DNA of 64,000 nucleotides from a virus (lineage: Duplodnaviria; Caudoviricetes). The stretch lies in the IMG/VR virus record IMGVR_UViG_3300013103_000006, positions 1 through 64,000 of that record; one strand, given 5' to 3'. The translations under genes were made by a program, and so were the position numbers. This document shows positions 8,622 through 16,506 of this stretch, piece by piece (positions within the stretch are counted from its first letter, which is position 1; every line of letters starts with the position of its first letter). Under the pieces are notes generated by a model. That model saw nothing but the letters and a program-made list of their open reading frames with translations. It did no database searches and had not been told where the DNA came from.

Positions 8622-8950
8622 TGGCTACTTGGGAGATTAGTATGATAATTAAGAAAAACAACTGTTATGAAGGTGCAACTTATAAGCTTGGAACCTTCAC
8701 AAATAACGCTGGTGAGGAATACAATATAATCTTAATCATTCATTCTAGAGGTTTTGAGCTAGGTTTCGAGACATTTGTTGAGCTAGGCTTAGAGACATTT
8801 GGTGTGACTATGTTTTGCATGAATTTCCCTACAAAGAAGAAGCTGGTGGAATTCTTAGAATGGGCTAAAGAAACTCAAGGTTGGAATCTTAATCTTCCAG
8901 AGCCATTAGAGAATGCAATAGATAAGCTTATTCTAGATGCAAAGTTATAG
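8618..8950 (+). CDS. C-terminal-tag family protein 7
   Basis: ATGA-coupled to the previous gene; ends LENAIDKLILDAKL. Confidence 0.7.
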   Translation: MMATWEISMIIKKNNCYEGATYKLGTFTNNAGEEYNIILIIHSRGFELGFETFVELGLETFGVTMFCMNFPTKKKLVEFLEWAKETQGWNLNLPEPLENAIDKLILDAKL

Positions 8951-9009
8951 TGTTACGAAATTCAAATTACAAGACTTATACCATTCATGATTCGCATTTC
9001 GTAACACTA
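8948..9009. repeat. palindromic element copy 1 (14-bp perfect arms)
   Basis: TAGTGTTACGAAAT-N34-ATTTCGTAACACTA, internal ATACCATTC. Confidence 0.9.
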
Positions 9010-9164
9010 GGTAAATTATATGAGCAAATCTTAGACATAAACAGCATATTTATAGAGCATAATTGAAATGAATAACTCTGTCTTATGCAACATTATCACT
9101 AGTCAGAAACCATGATTTTGACTCTGTGACTCTGTTACGAAATGAATGGAGGTAAGCCATTTCT

Positions 9165-9305
9165 ATGCGTTTTATAGATTGTAAGGGTTGTAGATGGCTA
9201 GGTCATAGAGTCACCATATATCCATATTGTTGGTATTATAGGAAGCATATAAGGGAGATAAAAGAATGTAATTATAGAATAAGGAGGGATAGAAAATGCA
9301 ACTAA
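9165..9305 (+). CDS. 46-aa Cys-rich microprotein
   Basis: GGAGGT RBS at 9148; DCKGCRW...YCW...ECNY. Confidence 0.5.
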   Translation: MRFIDCKGCRWLGHRVTIYPYCWYYRKHIREIKECNYRIRRDRKCN

Positions 9306-9595
9306 CTCCTGTGCAGAAATTAGCTTATGAGATAGTATACTCAAAGGAAATCCCAGTAACTGCTCTTGAGTATCTCAATAATTCTGGTTTCACTTTTAGA
9401 ACAAAAAATGATTTACAGGTCATGATATTCTCTGATGGCCCTAACTTTACTATAAAAGTTCTGGAGAGAGATAATAAGAACAGTGTCAATGTAGCCAATG
9501 AAATTAAGCTAAAGAAATTAAACCTAAGCATACTTAAGAAAATAATAGAGAATGCTCTAGCTTTATTAACAATAAGAAGGCTAGAAAAATTATGA
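9296..9595 (+). CDS. hypothetical protein
   Basis: 99 aa, AAGGAGGG RBS. Confidence 0.7.
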   Translation: MQLTPVQKLAYEIVYSKEIPVTALEYLNNSGFTFRTKNDLQVMIFSDGPNFTIKVLERDNKNSVNVANEIKLKKLNLSILKKIIENALALLTIRRLEKL

Positions 9596-9954
9596 AAGGA
9601 GGTGAGATATTGCACTTTAAATTGAAAAGAACCTGTTGGGCATGTCCAAGTCAATGGGAAGGAAAAACAGAGAATGATGAATGGGTTTATATAAGATACC
9701 GATGGGGGACATTCCGAGTTTATGTGGGGAAAGTAGAGAAATTCCTTGATGTTATAGACGACAAATATTTGATAATAGAGGAGAAACGAGGAGGACAATA
9801 TGATGGCTTCATGACTAATAGTGAATTAGCTAAAATATTAGAGAAGCATGGCATAACTATCGAGGTGGTTGATGATGAAGATGACCCCGAAGAGTATCTT
9901 GATAATTTCTTTGATAGTTACGGTTTACACTCTTCTAACAACTCCTCTTCATGA
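9592..9954 (+). CDS. conserved phage hypothetical protein (CxACPSQW type)
   Basis: TCWACPSQWEG...YIRYRWG; acidic tail. Confidence 0.7.
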   Translation: MKGGEILHFKLKRTCWACPSQWEGKTENDEWVYIRYRWGTFRVYVGKVEKFLDVIDDKYLIIEEKRGGQYDGFMTNSELAKILEKHGITIEVVDDEDDPEEYLDNFFDSYGLHSSNNSSS

Positions 9955-10207
9955 GGCTATTCACTGGATAAACGCTGAGATAGACCCCGGCTTAACTCCT
10001 ACAGAATATCATGTTTTTGATTATGAAGCATTCAGGCATCAAGCATTAGGATTGGTTAGTCATAAAGGACAGCGAGAATTAATACCAGCTTGGATAGATG
10101 AATCAATTGCTTTATGCATACAGTTCTCAATAGTTTTATATCTATCATACAAAACTTTTCTTTTACTGCTTAACCGAAAAATATTTAAACTCGGTATTAC
10201 TATATAG
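9869..10207 (+). CDS. membrane protein with HExxH (M50-like zinc motif)
   Basis: TM segment then LHEAIH; second TM near the C-terminus. Confidence 0.5.
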   Translation: MMMKMTPKSILIISLIVTVYTLLTTPLHEAIHWINAEIDPGLTPTEYHVFDYEAFRHQALGLVSHKGQRELIPAWIDESIALCIQFSIVLYLSYKTFLLLLNRKIFKLGITI

Positions 10208-10224
10208 TATACAAATGAGAGAAG

Positions 10225-10506
10225 GTGTTTTTTATGATTCCATCATCATATCTGCTCTTTTCACTAGGAATTCTACTAGCGATGGTTCATTTTGCAACCG
10301 TATTTCATGCTTTTCGTAAATTAACTATTCCAGCGTTATTGTTATGTTATTTGATGACGATAGCAGTGTGTCTAGCCATTTATATCGTAGAATATTTCTT
10401 TGGTTCTTTATATCTAGATTTCGGAGTAGGAATTACAATTGGCTTACTATTCATTCTATCATTCCTCTTCTTTTATGCTGGTATAAAATTTATAAGGGAG
10501 TGGTAA
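10225..10506 (+). CDS. 3-TM membrane protein
   Basis: Three hydrophobic stretches. Confidence 0.65.
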   Translation: MFFMIPSSYLLFSLGILLAMVHFATVFHAFRKLTIPALLLCYLMTIAVCLAIYIVEYFFGSLYLDFGVGITIGLLFILSFLFFYAGIKFIREW

Positions 10507-10850
10507 TTTTGACAAAAGGAAGAAATTCTCAATATCGTTTTGACCAGCTATTAGCCGATACAGATATATCAGGGCTGAAATTCCTGAAATCTAAATATAT
10601 TAAGGATTTGGCTGAATACAGACGAAATCACAGAATCTCAGAAAATCCCATGGAATATAGAAGAATGCAACAGAGACTTAAGATGATTACTGAGGAAATA
10701 AAGCTTAGAGAAACACTCACTAGGGTCAGATATGAGTCAGAGGTATTCATGAATGGAAATGAAGTAATAGTGAGGAATCCCGATGGTTCTGAAAAACGAT
10801 TTACTGTAAAGATGTATGATGATATGATAGAGACTCAGGAGATAGAATGA
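10500..10850 (+). CDS. hypothetical protein
   Basis: 3' part of the 10344-10850 ORF; start uncertain (GTG 10500 or TTG 10509). Confidence 0.6.
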   Translation: MVILTKGRNSQYRFDQLLADTDISGLKFLKSKYIKDLAEYRRNHRISENPMEYRRMQQRLKMITEEIKLRETLTRVRYESEVFMNGNEVIVRNPDGSEKRFTVKMYDDMIETQEIE

Positions 10851-11278
10851 TATCACGTAAAGACTATGAGGGACTAACGAAAGAGGAATTAGCTACTCTC
10901 ATTAAGAAACACAGACTAATTCTAAGGATACTACATTCTCTCTTTGCAGAGAAATGTCATTACAAAAATTCATCAGAAGCTAAGATTCTATTAGATATTC
11001 TCTTCTCCCGCTTTGACATTCATAGCGAGATTATAAAGCTGGATGCTTATACACTGCTAAATCTCTATGCTGAATCAGATATGGTTAACTCTACAAAAAA
11101 TCCTGATATTCTTGCAGGTGCAGTATTTAAGGAGGTATTAGACCATCATAAATATAAGTATAATGTAGATGAGCTAGCTGATGTTTTGAATGTAGAGCCA
11201 GTGAAAATCTATCAGGAACATGAGAAAGTTAAATGGTTTGCTCAGGATTATTATTGGAGAGATGTAAATGGTAGCTGA
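10847..11278 (+). CDS. truncated TFB/TFIIB-like protein (single cyclin repeat)
   Basis: ILFSRFDI...TKNPDILAGAVF...NVDELADVLNVEPVKIYQEHEKV aligns by eye with TFB repeat GRSPxxIAAAxxY...TQxEIAxxxxVxEVTIRxRYKEL. Confidence 0.65.
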   Translation: MISRKDYEGLTKEELATLIKKHRLILRILHSLFAEKCHYKNSSEAKILLDILFSRFDIHSEIIKLDAYTLLNLYAESDMVNSTKNPDILAGAVFKEVLDHHKYKYNVDELADVLNVEPVKIYQEHEKVKWFAQDYYWRDVNGS

Positions 11279-11516
11279 ATTCATAACTGGTTTAATAATC
11301 CTGTTAGTTACGGCTATCATATATCCTCTAGTAGTAGCAATCTATAAAGGAGTTCTCCCTATATCTATAGGTATTCTACTTTCACTTGCTGTTATAACAT
11401 CTGGACTTCTCATTGGCTTTTATCTCTCCATAGAAATGATACCAGCATTCTTAATAGGTGTATTCTTTGCAGAAATACTAATTTTGTTAGGAATCCCTAT
11501 CCTTTATAGGGAGTGA
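11268..11516 (+). CDS. small membrane protein
   Basis: Almost wholly hydrophobic 82 aa. Confidence 0.65.
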   Translation: MVAEFITGLIILLVTAIIYPLVVAIYKGVLPISIGILLSLAVITSGLLIGFYLSIEMIPAFLIGVFFAEILILLGIPILYRE

Positions 11517-11556
11517 TGTTTTAGACTAGCTATATTAGCTAGAAAGGAGGTAAAAT

Positions 11557-12180
11557 ATGGCAAAAATATTAACAGCAAAAGATTTTAAAGAGTATCTGAA
11601 CAAGGTGCCAAGAAACTTTATTCAGAAGGAAGAAGATGGAGAGCTAGAAGTGAAATTTCTAGGACATATTCAGGCTGTGGAACCAGGTGATACTGATTTA
11701 TCTGGAAGAGTATGGAATCCTCAAGCTGAATGGACAAAACATGAAATAGAAGCAGAAATAAATGGTAGGAAAGTCATATACAGTCTTGGTGGGGAAAGGT
11801 CACCACTGCTACTCAGGATATTCGAGATAGCGGTAGACAATGATATATCACCAGAGGATATTCCAGGCACAAGATGGAAGATTAGTAGACAAGGAAATAC
11901 TTGGAATGTTGTCTATCTAGGTAAGGACAATCAATCAGCAGATAGCTCTAGCATTATCGAGGCTATCAAAGAAGTAATCAGTGCTATTAAGGAAGCATCT
12001 CCGGAGTATTTCAAAAACCCAGTGTCTACGGATGAGTTTGTAACCGCTATAACAATAAAATCATACGCTACTGGCAACAAACTGGAGAAGGAGAAGGTTA
12101 GAGCAGTTTTAGATGATTTAGTGAATGCCAAAGTGATAGAGTATACCACAGAAGACAAATCAGAGGTCAAGGTATTATGA
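11557..12180 (+). CDS. putative ssDNA-binding protein (OB-like)
   Basis: Strong AAAGGAGGT RBS, first gene of the replication block, beta-rich N-terminal half with aromatics. Confidence 0.4.
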   Translation: MAKILTAKDFKEYLNKVPRNFIQKEEDGELEVKFLGHIQAVEPGDTDLSGRVWNPQAEWTKHEIEAEINGRKVIYSLGGERSPLLLRIFEIAVDNDISPEDIPGTRWKISRQGNTWNVVYLGKDNQSADSSSIIEAIKEVISAIKEASPEYFKNPVSTDEFVTAITIKSYATGNKLEKEKVRAVLDDLVNAKVIEYTTEDKSEVKVL

Positions 12181-13070
12181 AGATACACTGTCACGACGAT
12201 GCTGATGGGCTTACATCCGCCCTCTTTACTTCTTTTGCTATTAATCCAGAGAAGATTTTAGTGAAGACTAAATTTGGGGATATAAGCGATTGGTCTAAGG
12301 GAGACTACATGGTTGATATGAGACCAGAAAGTCCTGATATAGAGGGAGTTGTTATAGACCATCACCTAGATCATCCTGACGAAAGAAATTATACGCTGAT
12401 ATGGGATGATGTCCCTGCTACTATGATAGCTTTTAATACTTTTAAAGAACATATCCCAAAAACTCAATACTGGAAAGCTGTAATAGGTTTAGGTGGTGAT
12501 GCAGCTCTTCATCTCTTAACCAGCGAAATAATAGAATCTGACCCCCAACTTAGAATGAATGTTAAGACATCTATTTCCTCTAAATGGGATGTCAATGTTC
12601 ATTACTATCCATTGTATCGAATGCTATCATCTGATATCAATGCTCTGCTTAGGATAAGAAAAATTAATGAAGCATTACAGTTAATGATTCTATCGGAGAG
12701 ACCTTTAGATATTCATGAGAATGAAGATGTAATATCAGCTAAATCGATACTCAAGGATGAGGTTAAGAGAGTGCTTAATTCCTGTGAGGTTTATTCAATT
12801 AAGGAGGTTAATGTAGCGGTTATTAATACTGAGTTTAAGCTGACTGGATACATTGCTACGATCTTAGATAAATCTGGAGCATCTACAACCATAGTCATTA
12901 ATAAGAATGATAGAAGCGTATCTGTTAGAGGAGATTTAGCTTTATATCTGAAAGAGAAGCTCAACTCTCTCAACTACATTGAGTTTAGCGGTCATCCAGG
13001 ATTCATGGGTGGCCATATAGGCGGTGGTAATGTCTATAAACTCTTGGATGATTTAACTCAAGCACTATGA
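12177..13070 (+). CDS. DHH-family phosphoesterase (RecJ/GAN-like nuclease)
   Basis: HDDADG, VDM, IDHH, C-terminal SVRG and GHPGFMGG (DHHA1). Confidence 0.85.
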   Translation: MKIHCHDDADGLTSALFTSFAINPEKILVKTKFGDISDWSKGDYMVDMRPESPDIEGVVIDHHLDHPDERNYTLIWDDVPATMIAFNTFKEHIPKTQYWKAVIGLGGDAALHLLTSEIIESDPQLRMNVKTSISSKWDVNVHYYPLYRMLSSDINALLRIRKINEALQLMILSERPLDIHENEDVISAKSILKDEVKRVLNSCEVYSIKEVNVAVINTEFKLTGYIATILDKSGASTTIVINKNDRSVSVRGDLALYLKEKLNSLNYIEFSGHPGFMGGHIGGGNVYKLLDDLTQAL

Positions 13071-14119
13071 GAATTATAGAACAGTCTTTAGACAATGATC
13101 ATATTGCAAGATTCATCATAGAGGGTGATAGTGGTAAGGAGTATTGTGTAGAGTTAGATGGTGATACTGGAGCTACTCTATGTGACTGTCCTAGGCATGT
13201 GTATAAAAAAGAAGTTTGTAAGCACATCAAGTTTATTCTATCCAATCTGGATAGGATTGATTTTAAGAAGCTGATGGAGGTTAGAAGTATGAAGATGTTA
13301 AAAAGTGGCTGTACAACTATTGATACTCTATTAGGCGGTGGTTTTCCTTATGGAATGGTTACTTCAGTGACATCAGAGCCAAATATTGGAAAGACAAAAC
13401 TAGGATTACAGCTGGCTCTGGCTAATATCAAAGAGACAGGAAAGAAATCCATCATCATAGAGACAGAAGGTGAAGCAATCGATGACCAGAAGGCTATCCT
13501 AAAGAGATTTGCTCCCAGATACGGTCTAGATAATTTCATGGATAAGATAGTCTACTACCAGCCTCTTGGTGATACTAAGGAATTCGGAATTCAAAAACTC
13601 ATGAGGCTGTTTGGTTATGATTTAAAACTGGATATGTCTAATGGCGGTAAATTCTCTACATCATTCGCTCAGATTAAGCCACAGCTTAATGAGAAACTAC
13701 TATCTGAGTCATCATTCATACTCATTGATTCCATTACTACTCCTATTAAAGAGAGTGTTGGCTCTGAAACTCAGAATCTACCAGCTAGAGCAGCAATCAT
13801 CCAGAGACTTTATGGGAAACTTTATCAGTTTGCTAAAACATACAATCTAGCTATAGTAGTGAACCATCACACATCTACAAATCCTGTTATGCCATTCGGT
13901 AAAGACTTAGGGAAGATGTATGGAGGCTCTCCTGTCCTGTATAACTCAAAATATGCTATACAGCTATTGCCATCAACCTCAAAAATCAAGAAGGATAAAT
14001 TCCAAGGCTTCGAATTAGAAGCTAGGAGAGTAAGGCTCATAAGACATCCGTTCAATGTAGCTGATGGTCAGCTGTTTGATATTAGATTAAAGAAAGACTT
14101 TGGGTTTGTTGATTTATGA
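13067..14119 (+). CDS. SWIM zinc finger fused to RadA/RadB-like ATPase
   Basis: CDCP...CKH SWIM; SGCTTIDTLLGGG, SEPNIGKT Walker A, LIDS Walker B. Confidence 0.85.
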   Translation: MRIIEQSLDNDHIARFIIEGDSGKEYCVELDGDTGATLCDCPRHVYKKEVCKHIKFILSNLDRIDFKKLMEVRSMKMLKSGCTTIDTLLGGGFPYGMVTSVTSEPNIGKTKLGLQLALANIKETGKKSIIIETEGEAIDDQKAILKRFAPRYGLDNFMDKIVYYQPLGDTKEFGIQKLMRLFGYDLKLDMSNGGKFSTSFAQIKPQLNEKLLSESSFILIDSITTPIKESVGSETQNLPARAAIIQRLYGKLYQFAKTYNLAIVVNHHTSTNPVMPFGKDLGKMYGGSPVLYNSKYAIQLLPSTSKIKKDKFQGFELEARRVRLIRHPFNVADGQLFDIRLKKDFGFVDL

Positions 14120-14388
14120 GCGATAGAATCTATAACCATCCGGATATCAGCGATTTGTATCACTCATTAAAGTTATTCACGGATATTAAAAGCATAACCA
14201 TCGAGAGAGTTCCAGTATTTCCTGGAGGTCGCATGGAAATCCTCTTAGAAGAGGGACGAGCAACTTATGCATACAGTTTAGAGCCACTCTCACTTATATT
14301 AGTATCTTATGTATCTAATAATGACTCACTTAATATTGAAGACCTAACCAATAAGTTGGAGATGTGTTTCAAACTTCTTTATCTATAG
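14116..14388 (+). CDS. hypothetical protein
   Basis: 90 aa, ATGA-coupled. Confidence 0.6.
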   Translation: MSDRIYNHPDISDLYHSLKLFTDIKSITIERVPVFPGGRMEILLEEGRATYAYSLEPLSLILVSYVSNNDSLNIEDLTNKLEMCFKLLYL

Positions 14389-15074
14389 CCATGGAAATTA
14401 TAGCTGATGTAAGAGAGCCTGATTCAATTGTAAAGAGATTACATGTGCCTTATAAAAAACAATTTCTTCAAGTTGGTGATTATGTTATTGGGGATGTTGT
14501 AATAGAAAGAAAATCTCATGACCTAATACCCTCCCTCACGTCAAAACGAATTTTCAACCAGCTGTCAAATTTAGCTCAAGCTCCACATCCAATCTTAGTA
14601 ATTGAGAATACTAATCTCTGGCGTGATATGTACTTCAATGAAAACAAACATATTCACAAAAGTCTTTATGGGTTTCTCTTCACAGTTGCAGTTAAATTTA
14701 AGATACCCGTTATAAAAGTGGATTCAAGAGAAGAGTTTATAGAGCTATTGGAATCCATTTATTATGCTGTTAACAAAGAAGGAACCTCTAGTAGACCAAT
14801 CTTTGTTCAGAGAAAACCTACTACTCTAGGAGAGATTCAGGAAAACATGCTAGCTCAGATTCCAGGAATATCCATAAAGAAAGCTCAAAATCTTTTGGAG
14901 AAATTCAATGGAATCCTAGGGGTTGTATTAGCCACAGAGAAAGATCTAGTTGAGACTTCTGGTATTGGTAAGAAATTAGCAAAACAAATTGTTGAGGTAT
15001 GGAATTATGACTATAAAAGAGAGAAAGAAAAAAATAGAGGAGCAAATAAAACAAAGGCAGGAAGAAATCAATAA
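14364..15074 (+). CDS. XPF/ERCC4 (Hef-type) structure-specific nuclease with HhH domain
   Basis: ADVRE, GDY, IERKS..DL, QIPGISIKKA. Confidence 0.9.
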   Translation: MFQTSLSIAMEIIADVREPDSIVKRLHVPYKKQFLQVGDYVIGDVVIERKSHDLIPSLTSKRIFNQLSNLAQAPHPILVIENTNLWRDMYFNENKHIHKSLYGFLFTVAVKFKIPVIKVDSREEFIELLESIYYAVNKEGTSSRPIFVQRKPTTLGEIQENMLAQIPGISIKKAQNLLEKFNGILGVVLATEKDLVETSGIGKKLAKQIVEVWNYDYKREKEKNRGANKTKAGRNQ

Positions 15075-15267
15075 TCTTGTTGAGGAATATAACAGACTTC
15101 AGGAATTAGAGTTTGAAGAGTCAGAGGAATACATAAAGATAGTATGCCTTGGATGCTCTGGTAGAGGCTATATTAAAGATAATAAAGAACTAAGAAGCTG
15201 CCAGTATTGCAAAGGCAAAGGATATCTCTGGGCTAAGAAATGGAGTGGTCAAAATGGTATTAATTAG
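14989..15267 (+). CDS. coiled-coil plus DnaJ-type zinc finger protein
   Basis: CLGCSGRG...CQYCKGKG. Confidence 0.65.
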   Translation: MLRYGIMTIKERKKKIEEQIKQRQEEINNLVEEYNRLQELEFEESEEYIKIVCLGCSGRGYIKDNKELRSCQYCKGKGYLWAKKWSGQNGIN

Positions 15268-16276
15268 CTGTTTAGAGCTATTTGGTGGAATAGGAGGATT
15301 CTCTTATGGAATTGAAAAAGCAATCGGAAAAGAAAGTTATAAACTTGCAGGATACTATGACATCGACAAGTATGCTACAGCAGTCTTCAACTACAACTTC
15401 AAAACAGAATATCATCCAACTGACATTAGACAAGCATCAACAGATAACATTCCAAGACATAATCTCCTCTGTGCAGGATTTCCTTGTCAAGCATTCAGCA
15501 TTGCTGGAAAGAGGAGAGGTTTCGAAGATACCAGAGGCACACTGTTTTTTGAGATTGCAAGAATACTTGAAGCTAAAAAACCTTCGTATTTTATCCTCGA
15601 AAACGTCAGAGGTTTACTCAGTCACCAAAAAGGGCAAACTTATAAAGTCATCCTTGAAGTCTTGGAAGACTTGGGGTATGAATATCAATGGATGGTTCTT
15701 AACAGCAGATTTTTTGGAGTTCCCCAGAACAGGGAGAGAGTGTTCATTATCGGAAATCTTAGAGGAAAACCCAGACCAGAAATATTACCTTTCAGAGAAG
15801 ATGCAGAAGAGAATAAGAGAGTTCATTCAAAAGAAGCTGCGAGATGCTTAGATGCAAATATGTACAAAGGAATAATGCCAAGAGAGTATTTCGAAAGATG
15901 TAGAAGAAATATTATTGTTCACTCCCTACAGCCAAGGAGTCCAAACAGACCTTCTCTCAAATATAGTCATGGAGGAAGTGGGCATTTAATGAGATATGAT
16001 GAAATAACATATTGCCTAGATGTTGGTAATACTCAGGCTATTGAGATAGCGTCAAAGACAGTTAGAAGACTAACCCCCGTAGAGTGTGAGAGACTACAAG
16101 GCTTCCCTGATAACTGGACAAAGTATGGAAAATTCTATAATGAGAAAAAGAAGACTTGGGAGATAAGAGAAATCTCGGATACTCAGCGGTATAAGATGCT
16201 TGGAAATGCCGTAACAACTAAGGTTATAACTGCAATTATAAGCCGGCTTTATAAATTCATGGAGGAAAGAGAATGA
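15245..16276 (+). CDS. dcm: C5 cytosine DNA methyltransferase
   Basis: Motifs I LFGGIGG, IV GFPCQ, VI ENV, VIII QNRERVF, IX RRLTPVECERLQGFP, X GNAV. Confidence 0.95.
   Translation: MVKMVLISCLELFGGIGGFSYGIEKAIGKESYKLAGYYDIDKYATAVFNYNFKTEYHPTDIRQASTDNIPRHNLLCAGFPCQAFSIAGKRRGFEDTRGTLFFEIARILEAKKPSYFILENVRGLLSHQKGQTYKVILEVLEDLGYEYQWMVLNSRFFGVPQNRERVFIIGNLRGKPRPEILPFREDAEENKRVHSKEAARCLDANMYKGIMPREYFERCRRNIIVHSLQPRSPNRPSLKYSHGGSGHLMRYDEITYCLDVGNTQAIEIASKTVRRLTPVECERLQGFPDNWTKYGKFYNEKKKTWEIREISDTQRYKMLGNAVTTKVITAIISRLYKFMEERE
15306..15851 (+). CDS. nested alternative-frame ORF inside dcm (M.EcoHK31I-beta-like)
   Basis: 181 codons open in the +1 frame; WKTWGM..NG...EFP....ECSLSEILE....KYYLS. Confidence 0.45.
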   Translation: MELKKQSEKKVINLQDTMTSTSMLQQSSTTTSKQNIIQLTLDKHQQITFQDIISSVQDFLVKHSALLERGEVSKIPEAHCFLRLQEYLKLKNLRILSSKTSEVYSVTKKGKLIKSSLKSWKTWGMNINGWFLTADFLEFPRTGRECSLSEILEENPDQKYYLSEKMQKRIREFIQKKLRDA

Positions 16277-16506
16277 GGAAGAGCCTTTATATCTGCGATA
16301 GATGCGGAGAGGAAATATCAATTCCAACATGCTCTATCAAAGTAGAAGCAACTGGCTTCTTCTCGGGCGAGATACTTCTAGATGAGGAGTATCATCTTTG
16401 CTCATCATGCCTTGATGAAGTCAAGAGTCAGCTTAAGAAACGAGAGTCAATCTCTAATTTTTTGAGGCAATTAGGTGATAAAGATGGCATCAGTGAATCC
16501 ATTTAA
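16273..16506 (+). CDS. CxxC...CxxC zinc-finger protein
   Basis: LYICDRCGE...HLCSSC. Confidence 0.7.
   Translation: MRKSLYICDRCGEEISIPTCSIKVEATGFFSGEILLDEEYHLCSSCLDEVKSQLKKRESISNFLRQLGDKDGISESI

Noticed and set aside
7892-8950. C-terminal AKL as a peroxisomal PTS1 signal
   Set aside because: The host is prokaryotic and only 3 of 7 tags end in AKL; the conserved unit is the 14-residue helix.
8948-9009. Palindromic elements as integron attC sites or invertible promoters
   Set aside because: Arm polarity is opposite to attC (RYYYAAC...GTTRRRY), the elements do not separate each gene, a 34-bp segment is too short for typical recombinase inversion, and no recombinase is present.
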